A stretch of 64,000 nucleotides of DNA from Octopus vulgaris (Eukaryota). Location: contig OX597820.1 of assembly GCA_951406725.2 (NCBI GenBank), positions 12,710,001 to 12,774,000 on the forward strand, read 5' to 3'. Position 1 is the stretch's first letter, and every line of letters begins with the position of its first letter. Shown here piece after piece: positions 12,708-24,325 of the stretch. The notes under the pieces are model-generated. The model had not been told where the DNA came from and did not search any database. It saw nothing but the letters and a program-made list of their open reading frames with translations. Made by a program: the position numbers and the translations under genes.

Positions 12708-14040
12708 GGGCGACGAGCTGGCAGAAACGTTAGCACGCCGGGCGAAATGTTTCGCGGTATTTCGTCTACCGTTACATTCTAAGTTCATATTCCGCCGAGG
12801 TTGACTTTGCCTTTCAACCTTTCGGGGGTCGATTAAATAAGTACCAGTTACGCACTGGGGTCGATATAATCGACTTAATCAGTTTGTCTGTCTTTGTGTT
12901 TCCCCTCTGTGTTTAGCCCTTAAGGGTAGTAAAGAAATAGGTATTTCGTCTGTCGTTACGTTCTGAGTTCTAATTCCGCCAAGGTCGACTTTGCCTTTCA
13001 TCCTTTCGGGGGCGATTAAATAAGTACCAGTTACGCATTGGGGTCGATATAATCGACTTAATCAGTTTGTCTGTCTTTGGTTCCCCCTCTGTGTTTAGCC
13101 CCTTAAGGGTAGTAAAGAAATAGGTATTTCGTCTGTCGTTACGTTCTGAGTTCTAATTCCGCCAAGGTCGACTTTGCCTTTCATCCTTTCGGGGGCGATT
13201 AAATAAGTACCAGTTACGCATTGGGGTCGATATAATGGACTTAATCCGTTTGTCTGTCCTTGTTTGTCCCTCTGTGTTTAGCCCCTTAAGGGTAGTAAAG
13301 AAATAGGTATTTCGTCTGTCGTTACGTTCTGAGTTCTAATTCCGCCAAGGTCGACTTTGCCTTTCATCCTTTCGGGGGCGATTAAATAAGTACCAGTTAC
13401 GCATTGGGGTCGATATAATCGACTTAATCAGTTTGTCTGTCTTTGTGTTCCCCCTCTGTGTTTAGCCCCTTAAGGGTAGTAAAGAAATAGGTATTTCGTC
13501 TGTCGTTACGTTCTGAGTTCTAATTCCGCCAAGGTCGACTTTGCCTTTCATCCTTTCGGGGGCGATTAAATAAGTACCAGTTACGCATTGGGGTCGATAT
13601 AATGGACTTAATCCGTTTGTCTGTCCTTGTTTGTCCTCTCTGTGTTTAGCCCCTTGTGGGTAGTAAAGAAATAGGTATTTCGTCTGTCGTTACGTTCTGA
13701 GTTCTAATTCCGCCAAGGTCGACTTTGCCTTTCATCCTTTCGGGGGCGATTAAATAAGTACCAGTTACGCATTGGGGTCGATATAATGGACTTAATCCGT
13801 TTGTCTGTCCTTGTTTGTCCTCTCTGTGTTTAGCCCCTTGTGGGTAGTAAAGAAATAGGTATTTCGTCTGTCGTTACGTTCTGAGTTCTAATTCCGCCAA
13901 GGTCGACTTTGCCTTTCATCCTTTCGGGGGCGATTAAATAAGTACCAGTTACGCACTGGGGTCGATATAATCGACTTAATCCGTTTGTCTGTCCTTGTTT
14001 GTCCTCTCTGTGTTTAGCCCCTTGTGGGTAGTAAAGAAAT
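12708..14040 (+). mobile_element. SINE family B: one head plus 7 tandem ~183-bp body units
   Basis: Units begin GGTATTTCGTCT near 12756, 12940, 13122, 13306, 13490, 13674, 13857. AGATATAT on both flanks. Confidence 0.92.
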
Positions 14041-14464
14041 AGATATATATGCGCACGTGTGTGCAAAAAATAACTGGTACCTCAAGCTTTACGACCGACA
14101 TCACGGCACTAAATTAATGACCAATTAAAATCTGTCAGAAAATCGATAAGCAATTTTGAAAATATCCACCTGAGAAACTCTTTATATATTTTGTTTTAAT
14201 TCGAGAGTCTGTCTTACGTTGTTGCAAATGTTGGCATTGCACCAAACTCTTAATTCATCTTAACTGAGAAACAAATGGACGTAAGTTGTTGCCTGACACT
14301 GAAAACAACTTTTAGCCGATTGAATCGCCTCTCATATTAACGAAATATTAATGAAATCACAGAAAGCCTTCGAATGTTGTATAACAGTTTTCTTACCTGT
14401 TCTTTATTTCATCTAGTTTCAGCTAAAGAGCTGTGGCCATGCTGGGGCACGGCCATTACTTTTA

Positions 14465-14651
14465 GGTGGTCTGAATCCTGGAAGTACTGCTATACCAGGC
14501 CAACCCGTGGCAAAGGCGGAGCAAGCCCCTAACTCTTCGCCTCGTTCTAAAAATCAGTTTAATATCGATGGTCCCAAATAGGGACCGTATGAGATATTAA
14601 GCTGATAAGAACAGATACTACACTTTGATCTTAGCAAAAAGGCTGAGAAGC
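14465..14651 (-). ncRNA. U2: U2 snRNA copy (probably retroposed pseudogene)
   Basis: Minus strand GCTTCTCAGCCTTTTTGCTAAGATCAAAGTGTAGTATCTGTTCTTATCAGCTTAATATCT (branch-site recognition GTAGTA), Sm site GATTTTTAG, stem-loop IV CCTGGTATAGCAGTACTTCCAGG. Lacks the first 3 nt (ATC). Confidence 0.95.
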
Positions 14652-14923
14652 CTTAAAGTTTTCCTCTGTTGTAACAAACCACTTACAAGTAGACTTCCAC
14701 TATCCCAAAAAATGCATTGCACACACACACATACACAAACGCGTGCGCGCGCAGGCACCAGACGAAACGAACATCGGATATGTCTTACCCATGCAGAAAT
14801 TGCCATCCCAGTGTACTGATTGGTCTTTCCTTGGAAGCTTCAAGTTCTTTCAACACTGATGAAATGTGTGGGCAGTAATTGAGTTTTAGAAACTTCTCAC
14901 AGATTCTCTAGAACAGATATGTG

Positions 14924-15227
14924 TGGGCGGCGAGCTGGCAGAATTGTTAGCACGCCGGGCGAAATGCTTAGCGGTATTTCGTCTGCCGTTACCCTTGTTT
15001 GTTTGTTCCCTCTGTGTTTAGCCCCTTGTGGGTAATAAAGAAATAGGTATTTCGTCTGCCACTACACTCTAAGTTCATATTCCGCCGAGGTCGACTTTGC
15101 CTTTCATCTTTTCGGGGTGGATTAAATAAGTACCAGTTACGCACTAGGGTCGATATAATGGAATTAATACGTTTGTCTGTCCTTGTTTGTCCCCTCTTTG
15201 GTTAGCCCCTTGTAGGTAATAAAGAAA
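14924..15227 (+). mobile_element. SINE family B with internal duplication/deletion
   Basis: Head, partial unit, then full unit joined at AAGAAATA|GGTATTTC. Confidence 0.85.
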
Positions 15228-15987
15228 CAGATAAAGTGTCTTATTGTGACTCATGTATCTGAACTATCAACTCACCAGATTGTACAGGCCTGTTGATGAA
15301 TTGCACATCTTTATAGCCCCAGAATAATATGGTTATTAGACATTCGGGCGTCGCTTATTTGGCGCCGCTGATTCAACGCTGACTTATTTTACTCCAAATG
15401 TAATGATGCCTCTCGTTTTATTCTTTCTCTCCCTCTCTCTCATTATCACTCTCTCTTTATCCTCCTCTCTGTTTATTCCCCCCGTCTCTCTCTCACTCTT
15501 TATCACCCTCTCTCTCCGTTTCTATGTGTGAGCATCTGGTCATCTCTCTCTCTCTCTCTCTCGTATGTGTCTCCCTACTCTCTCTTACATACTCATTATT
15601 TGTATGTGCATATTTCTATGCTCACGTGTCTGTTTGTTTCCAGTGACACAAAGTACTGTTGCCAAAACAGGTTTAATGTCCAGCCAACCGTGCCAAATCA
15701 CCAGATTCAAAACAGCGTCGCCCATTCATCTCAGCCGGAAACAATACTGCACTGACTCCCTGGTAACCCAAAGTAACACTTAAAACAACTGTTTATCTTC
15801 TCAAGGATTTCCACTGCCGAGTTACAATTTGTACAATGTCGACCAAACAATTTTGTCAGTATACTAAGATTAAAAGTATTTCAAAGAATCTCCATGCTAT
15901 TATAGAATGTTATTGATAAAAGAATTACTGTGGTTCCCAGCTGAATTTTCCAGTGAACTAACTGCTGTCTGTCTTTGTGTGTGTGTG

Positions 15988-16025
<38 letters not shown>

Positions 16026-16798
16026 GCATACACACATGTGTGCGTTGTGTATATTTTTGTTTATATAAACACGATTACGTTCTCGATAACGCCATTTTAC
16101 TCAGAATTTAAGCGTAAACTTAGAAATGAGATAAAACTGATTGCAAGACAGTGACTAAGACTTTTATACGTATTTATCTCCCTTGCGCATGGTTGCTCAT
16201 AAAGAAATTGGAACATCTTTTCTTATTGTAACTAGATATTGGTCTTACGTTTTTTAAAACTATTCAACCTATTCTTGTCTCTGAAGTTGAGACTGTAGTT
16301 TCATCTTCCTCATTCGGTAGTCTTTTGTGTTGAAAATATTTGCAAAAAATCTTCGAGCGTAAATATATAATTGAGATGAAGTCAGAAATTGCTTTGTCAT
16401 TGGTAATCTGGGTTTATGTGTCATCCCAGCAAACTGACACTTTTGTCATCTTGACTTGTAATTCACGTCAGGCTACACATTACTAATATCATCGCTGTGT
16501 TGACAGGCGTTTCATTTCTTTCGTTCGCCAGAGTGTATCAGATAATGTTTTACATTACGACATTCCAAAACAGCCAATATTCTGTATTCCTGTCACACAA
16601 ACACAGGCATGATATATGGGAGAATATGCACAGATTAATTTGCTATCCATTTCCACACACAAAATCATATCAATCTTCACTTCGCTTGCATGTATACCTG
16701 AGTATATGAAACGACACATACGAATGCGGTCATACATTATAATTCAAAACCGAGCATTAGCGTGATTTCATCTGTTTGTGTGTGTGTGAGCGACGGAC

Positions 16799-16930
<132 letters not shown>

Positions 16931-17393
16931 GGCAGTACTTTTGAAAATGAAGTTCGTATTTTGATGTTCATTGTCAGGAAAAGATCAATAACCGAAACGG
17001 ATATCGATCAGCGGCAGCGAGCGTGCTTGTATTTCGACCACTTCTATAAAGTAAGGGACGGAAACGGAATTAACTGAGAATCTCACTGAAATATTCGTAT
17101 CATCTCTTTTGTAAATTTCTGTAGCAAGAGGTGGTTTTAAGAATCAAAACAGCTGCTGTTAGATCACACACTGCTACGTAAATCGGAATCTCTAACATGG
17201 ATTTATAGATTGAGCTAAATAATATCAGTTTTAGATATTGTTAAACTTACATACACTCAAGTAATCTTGGTACAACACCCCAAAGGCACACCAGATAAAT
17301 TAATGCTGATAGAGAGACAAATTATTTGAATTCTCCCAAAAATATATACGCTCTGAAGTGCCAAATCTTGTAACATTAGAATGTCATATGTGA

Positions 17394-17425
<32 letters not shown>

Positions 17426-17516
17426 ATTGTTTCCTTTATGTGTTTGTTTTGCAAGATTCTTGACGCGCCCTCGCGTGTTCAGACATATAGGAAAATAATT
17501 ATACAATTATATATGG

Positions 17517-18475
17517 TCGTGTCTTGCCCTTACCTTCGACACACGGAGTAGCCGAAACATGGGCAGCTGAAGAAGGGGAATATTCCTTGTGTTGTATGTC
17601 TTGTGCTCTGTTTTTTCGTTGTTTGAAGAAAGTCCGTGTCTATGGTTTTATTTTTATGTTTTCGTTTCTCGTTGTGTTCTACGTTTTTTTTTATGTCCTG
17701 TACCCATATATGCATGTATATATACATATAGATGTAGGTATGTACATATATGTATGTATATATGCATATGTTTTATTTATTATTTTGTTATTATATGATC
17801 GAACGCCACGCATCCACTTCCAAGTAAGTTTTATCTTAATAATTGTGATGCGCACTCTTAACTCTTAACTTTACTTTTCCTCCCTGCCTGTCTCTCGTCC
17901 TCTCTTATTCTTCATCCTTTCTGGTTTTCTCTCCCACCCTTCCCTATTCTTCTAAACTCCCTTTCATCGTTCCCTCTCTCTTACTCCTCCTCATCCTCCT
18001 CCCTCTCGTCGCTGATACATGACCAGGGGGTAACTTTCTTTCTGACTACTGCCTTCAACAAGTCTACATGGCTTTTCCTGTCCCTCGTAAGCCGTTTTCT
18101 CAATGCGTTCAAAATAATTTTTCCATCGTTTCGCCTTAACAAACCTTATCGTTTGTTTTTACTGTGTCCTGTTTTTACTGTTTTTATTTGTATTGTTTTT
18201 ACTGTCTTGTTTTGTTTGTTCTATCCTGTTCTTGTTACTACTTTTACCTCTCCGCAAATAATCCCCATTTTATTTAATTTGCTTTGCGGGAAGGACTGTT
18301 TCAACCAAGTCGTGTCTTGCCCTTATCTTGGAAACAAGGAGTAGCTGAAAAAGGGGCAGCTGAAGAAGGGGAATATTCCTTGTGTTGTATGTCTTGTGCT
18401 CTCTTTTTTCGTTGTTTGAAAAAAGTCCTTTTCCATGTTTTGTTTTTGTTTTCGTTTTTCATTGTATTCTACGTT
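17517..18475 (+). mobile_element. ~790-bp dispersed repeat in partial tandem (pLTR-like)
   Basis: GTCGTGTCTTGCC..GCAGCTGAAGAAGGGGAATATTCC at 17517 and 18309. Homologues at 25345-26290 (-) and 56330-56830. Confidence 0.65.
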
Positions 18476-18640
18476 TGGAGGCCCAAACTTCTGAATTCTT
18501 TTACAGGTCCTAGAAAACCGAAGGACCGCTAGAAAAACTTTCTGAATCGGAGAGGGAATAATGTTGAATAAATTCATATTTGGTCCTCCAGTATTTCATT
18601 TTAACCAGAGCCAGGAACTTTTCAGCACCCCTCGTGTATG

Positions 18641-18735
<95 letters not shown>

Positions 18736-18842
18736 GTGCGTATGTGAGTATTTATGTATACATGTATACTCACCCACAGATACATATGTACACATACATA
18801 TGAATACATATACATAAATATATATGTATATATATATATATG

Positions 18843-18956
18843 TATATTATATAGAGGGTACTACTATTCATAGGTACCGCACGCTAGGAGGGACTCTTGC
18901 AAGAGTCCCTCCTAGCGTGCGGTACCTATGAATAATAGTACCCTCTATATAATATA
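18843..18956. repeat. spacerless palindrome, 57-bp arms
   Basis: Centre TCTTG|CAAGA at 18899/18900; one mismatch. Confidence 0.95.
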
Positions 18957-19089
18957 AATAAATATTTTCAAAGTGGAAAGATTTACAGATTTTTTCTCTT
19001 ACGAGGTTTTTCACGCTAACTACTGTTAATTTCTTATAAAGATTTTATCCTTAATTTTAAATACATATATGTACATATATATATGTATA

Positions 19090-19136
<47 letters not shown>

Positions 19137-19441
19137 ATATATATATATACTTATAATTTCAACAATTGAGGGTAAAATTAATTAATTATTAATTAATTTC
19201 ACCAAGTGTTCAGTATGCAAAGGGACCATTTAAGGCGAATTCAAATTATTACAATATATAAAAGGGCTTAGTAAAATAAATTACTTTGCCGCATACTGAA
19301 CTCATTAGAAATAGCAGCCAAAAAACCTTTTCAAAAACCATTTCTAATACTTAAAGAAAATCTCTCTCATATAGTGTTTGGTCAACTCAACTCACGAAAG
19401 TTTGGGGTAAAGACATCAAAAAATCAAATGCAAAGGTTATT

Positions 19442-19493
19442 TGAGAACGTACGTTTCAAGATTAGTCAACACGACACTTCTATCATCAGCTCA
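19442..19493 (-). ncRNA. type I hammerhead ribozyme motif
   Basis: UGAG-CUGAUGA-[stem II]-GAAAC-GUAC-GUU-CUCA. Confidence 0.75.
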
Positions 19494-19998
19494 GAAACTC
19501 CTTGGTTTGGATTTGAAAACACTGAAAGTGAGAGCATACTCTTTCGGCTTCTCATCGCTTTCGAAGATCTGCTCGTAACTAACAGTGCCAACAAACTCAA
19601 ACATGCAAGCGAAGAATTTCTGTTCTCCTTTCCACCAGCGTGGGTTAAAATCAACAAACACTCTGCTTATTTCGGTAAAATCCGAAGCATTAATTAGAGG
19701 AGATTAATTATAATTTCAACAATTGAGGGTAAAATTAATTAATTATTAATTAATTTCACCAAGTGTTCAGTATGCAAAGGGACCATTTAAGGCGAATTCA
19801 AATTATTACAATATATAAAAGGGCTTAGTAAAATAAATTACTTTGCCGCATACTGAACTCATTAGAAATAGCAGCCAAAAACTTTTTCAAAAACCATTTC
19901 CAATACTTAAAGAAAATCTCTCTCATATAGTGTTTGGTCAACTCAACTCACGAAAGTTTGGGGGTAAAGACATCAAAAAATCAAATGCAAAGGTTATT

Positions 19999-20050
19999 TG
20001 GGAACGTACGTTTCAAGATTAGTCAACACGACACTTCTATCATCAGCTCA
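19999..20050 (-). ncRNA. type I hammerhead motif (stem I mismatch)
   Basis: As 19442-19493 but the 3' strand of stem I is CCCA. Confidence 0.65.
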
Positions 20051-20234
20051 GAAACTCCTTGGTTTGGATTTGAAAACACTGAAAGTGAGAGCATACTCTT
20101 TCGGCTTCTCATCGCTTTCGAAGATCTGCTCGTAACTAGCAGATCTTAGTTACGAGCAGATCTTCGAAAGCGATGAGAAGCCGAAAGAGTATGCTCTCAC
20201 TTTCAGTGTTTTCAAATCCAAACCAAGGAGTTTC

Positions 20235-20286
20235 TGAGCTGATGATAGAAGTGTCGTGTTGACTAATCTTGAAACGTACGTTCCCA
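20235..20286 (+). ncRNA. type I hammerhead motif (stem I mismatch)
   Basis: TGAG CTGATGA TAGA..TCTT GAAAC GTAC GTT CCCA. Confidence 0.65.
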
Positions 20287-20791
20287 AATAACCTTTGCAT
20301 TTGATTTTTTGATGTCTTTACCCCAAACTTTCGTGAGTTGAGTTGACCAAACACTATATGAGAGAGATTTTCTTTAAGTATTGGAAATGGTTTTTGAAAA
20401 AGTTTTTTGGCTGCTATTTCTAATGAGTTCAGTATGCGGCAAAGTAATTTATTTTACTAAGCCCTTTTATATATTGTAATAATTTGAATTCGCCTTAAAT
20501 GGTCCCTTTGCATACTGAACACTTGGTGAAATTAATTAATAATTAATTAATTTTACCCTCAATTGTTGAAATTATAATTAATCTCCCTCTAATTAATGCT
20601 TCGGATTTTACCGAAATAAGCAGAGTGTTTGTTGATTTTAACCCACGCTGGTGGAAAGGGAGAACAGAAATTCTTCGCTTGCATGTTTGAGTTTGTTGGC
20701 ACTGTTAGTTACGAGCAGATCTTCGAAAGCGATGAGAAGCCGAAAAATGCTCTCACTTTCAGTGTTTTCAAATCCAAACCATAGGAGTTTC

Positions 20792-20843
20792 TGAGCTGAT
20801 GATAGAAGTGTCGTGTTGACTAATCTTGAAACGTACGTTCTCA
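20792..20843 (+). ncRNA. type I hammerhead ribozyme motif
   Basis: TGAG CTGATGA TAGAAGTGTCGTGTTGACTAATCTT GAAAC GTAC GTT CTCA. Confidence 0.75.
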
Positions 20844-21135
20844 AATAACCTTTGCATTTGATTTTTTGATGTCTTTACCCCAAACTTTCGTGAGTTAGTT
20901 GACCAAACACTATATGAGAGAGATTTTCTTTAAGTATTAGAAATGGTTTTTGAAAAGGTTTTTTGGCTGCTATTTCTAATGAGTTCAGTATGCGGCAAAT
21001 ATATTTATTTTATATATATATATATATTATATATACTTATATATATACTTATATATATATATATATATATATATACTTATATATATACTTATATATATAT
21101 ATATATATATATATATACTTATATATATATATATA

Positions 21136-21516
21136 CTAGCAGTATCGCCCGGCGTTGCTCAGATTTGTAAGGGAAATAACTATAAAGCATTTTTAGAGAG
21201 TTATAGCCAAAAAATAGCAAAAAAATGGAAAAAAAATGATGGTAAATTTTTTTGAAAGTTAAAAATGGTGGAGTTGCGTCCCCTAGACGGTCTGTGGTTT
21301 GGGTTTATGATTCTCGACCCCATGTCGAATTTATCGATTTTTTCAGAACTGGGGAACTTTTCAAAATTTTCGCTGCGTTAGTTTTGAATTATGACATTGG
21401 GCTATGTGTGTGTCAAGTTTCATCAGAATCGGTTGAAAGCCGTGGTCAGAGTGAGGTACGAGAAAAGACAACACACAGAAAACGCACAGACAAACTGCCG
21501 TTTATATAGAGAGAGA
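21136..21516 (-). mobile_element. short non-autonomous Helitron-like element
   Basis: 5' TC..TATATAAACGGCAG; 3' GAGCAACGCCGGGCGATACTGCTAG|T. Close copy at 35303-35684. Confidence 0.75.
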
Positions 21517-21990
<474 letters not shown>

Positions 21991-22409
21991 TGTGCATATG
22001 TTTGTGTGTATATACATATGCATCTATGTATGTATGTATATACTTGGTGTATCCTTTCCATACCATATGTTATTCTGAAAATAATTGTTCGTTGTTAATT
22101 GAAATTATAAAAGGAAGAAAAGAAATGAAAATTAATCTCAAAATAAGGGAGAAATCACACAAAATTTCAATCGACCGGAAATTATCAAATAAGTGGTCGA
22201 ACGATCAAACGTCTTTTTGCGATATTTTTAGCGCCCACGAAACTTGAAGTAATGGAATTTTGAGTGAAGTAGTTTCTACAGATATTTGCAATCAGCGAAA
22301 CTTATTGCGTTTCCACGTATATTTCAATGAGTGTATGTTTGTTTGTATACGTATCGACATACATATATGTGTATGTGTGTGTCTGTATGGGTGCATATCA
22401 GTGTTTGTG

Positions 22410-22415
22410 TACATG

Positions 22416-22477
<62 letters not shown>

Positions 22478-22483
22478 TATGGA

Positions 22484-22540
<57 letters not shown>

Positions 22541-22787
22541 GGATATATGTATATATACATATATATGTGTATATATGGATATATGTATATATACATATAT
22601 ATGTGTATATATGTATATATGTATATATACATATATATGTGTATATATATTTATACATATATATATATACATATATATATTTATGTATATATGCATATAT
22701 ATGTACATATATATATATATATATATATTTATGTATATATGCATATATATGTACATATATGTATATATGCATATATAAATATATACA

Positions 22788-22820
<33 letters not shown>

Positions 22821-22856
22821 GCATATATATATATACATATATGTATATATATAAAT

Positions 22857-22907
<51 letters not shown>

Positions 22908-22937
22908 GTTTATATATATATGTATGCATGTATGTAT

Positions 22938-22995
<58 letters not shown>

Positions 22996-23000
22996 GAGGG
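22410..23000. repeat. degenerate TA/TG tract followed by (GATA)n
   Basis: Direct observation. Confidence 0.9.
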
Positions 23001-23402
23001 AGAGATACACACATATATGCATATATTTATATTCATGCATATAGTTCTTTGCCACTGGATAAAGTGCTAGTTTAATAAACACACATCTGTGTGCGAACTA
23101 TTTACTGTGTATGCGTGGGCGAAGTTTGGTTCACCAGTACTCAAGTCCATTATTTCTTTGAATTATTGGAATAATACAGGAGACATAAATCAGCAATTTC
23201 ATCGAGACCATCCCCAAAACAAGTGAAACTAGTGGATCATATATATATATATAGACACACACTCACCGCACCCACACGCAAATATTCGCAATACAGCCAA
23301 GAAGACAGAGTTGCTAACCATAAAATAATTAAAAGACGACATGAATAAATAAAGGTTTTACCGTGCCCACCTCTCACAAAACTTACACTAGGCATTTACC
23401 AT

Positions 23403-23995
23403 ACCTATTTCTTTACTACCCACAAGGGGCTAAACACAGAGAGGACAAACAAGGATAGACAACAAACGGATTATGTCGATTATATCGACCCCAGTGCGTA
23501 GCTGGTACTTATTTAATCGAACCCGAAAGGATGAAAGGCAAAGTCAACCTCGACGGAATTTGAACTCTGAACGTAACGGCAGACAAAATACCCATTTCTT
23601 TACTACCCACAAGGGGCTAAACACAGAGAGGACAAACGGATTATGCCGATTATATCGACCCCAGTGCGTAACTGGTACTTATTTAATCGACCCCGAAAGG
23701 ATGAAAGGCAAAGTCGACCCCTCAGCGGAATTTGAACTCAGAAAGTAAAGACAGACGAAATACCTATTTCTTTACTACCCACAAGGGGCTAAACACAGAG
23801 AGGACAAACAAGGATAGACAAACGGATTATGTCGATTATATCGACCCCAGTGCGTAACTGGTACTTACTTAATCGACCCCAAAAGGATGACAGGGAAAGT
23901 CGATCTCGGCGGAATTTGAACTCAGAACGTAACGGCAGACAAAATACCGCTGAGCATTTCGCCCGGCGTGCTAACGATTCTGCCAACTCGCCGCC
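23403..23995 (-). mobile_element. SINE family B, head plus 3 tandem body units
   Basis: Head reverse complement at 23945-23995; ATACC(T/C)ATTTCTTTACTACCCACAAGGGG repeats at about 23401, 23588 and 23760. Confidence 0.88.
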
Positions 23996-24000
23996 TTTTT

Positions 24001-24325
24001 TTACCATACCCTGAACGTGTTGCTTCCCTGGGCATGGACACATTGAAGCTCAGACGTTTGGCAACTCACTTGGTAGATACCTACAAGATTATCCACCTTC
24101 TTTCCCACAACAACCTCGAGCACCTTTTTAAATTCCATATGTCTAACACTCGTGCACATGCTTACAAAATAAAAAAGACAACCCAACGGTCATGACTTTC
24201 AGAAATATTTTTTTCATGCTAAGAATTGTTGAAGCATGGAATAAACTTCCCGCATCAATTGTTACCTGTCGAGACACTACAACCTTCAAAACTTCCAAGC
24301 TTCCTGAAATCCTCCAACAATACGC
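24001..24325 (+). mobile_element. CR1-like LINE ORF2 3' end
   Basis: LPYPERVASLGMDTLKLRRL..DTYKII..TRAHAYKIK / FFMLRIVEAWNKLPASIV..TFK, with one frameshift. Confidence 0.85.

Larger units (their letters stand above)
19151..20999. mobile_element. 557-bp hammerhead-containing unit, tandem then inverted (PLE pLTR / retrozyme-like)
   Basis: TTATAATTTCAACAATTGAGG at 19151 and 19708; inversion centre at 20138-20147; (TA)-rich tracts on both sides. Confidence 0.85.

Noticed and set aside
12756-14040. CRISPR-like regular array
   Set aside because: Whole ~183-bp units repeat with no unique spacers, no cas genes, eukaryotic SINE context.
14386-14670. Possible TSD AGTTTTC..CTGTT around the U2 chimera
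   Set aside because: Degenerate and offset from the junctions; not reliable.
17530-17600. Type II hammerhead-like GAAAC..GUA..CUGAAGA in the 790-bp repeat
   Set aside because: Stems I and III do not pair in register consistently across the copies at 17.5, 18.3, 25.6 and 56.6 kb.
19374-19697. 107-aa ORF repeated in the mirror array
   Set aside because: No ATG start or recognisable domain, antisense to the hammerhead, and disrupted by indels in the 32.5-kb copy.
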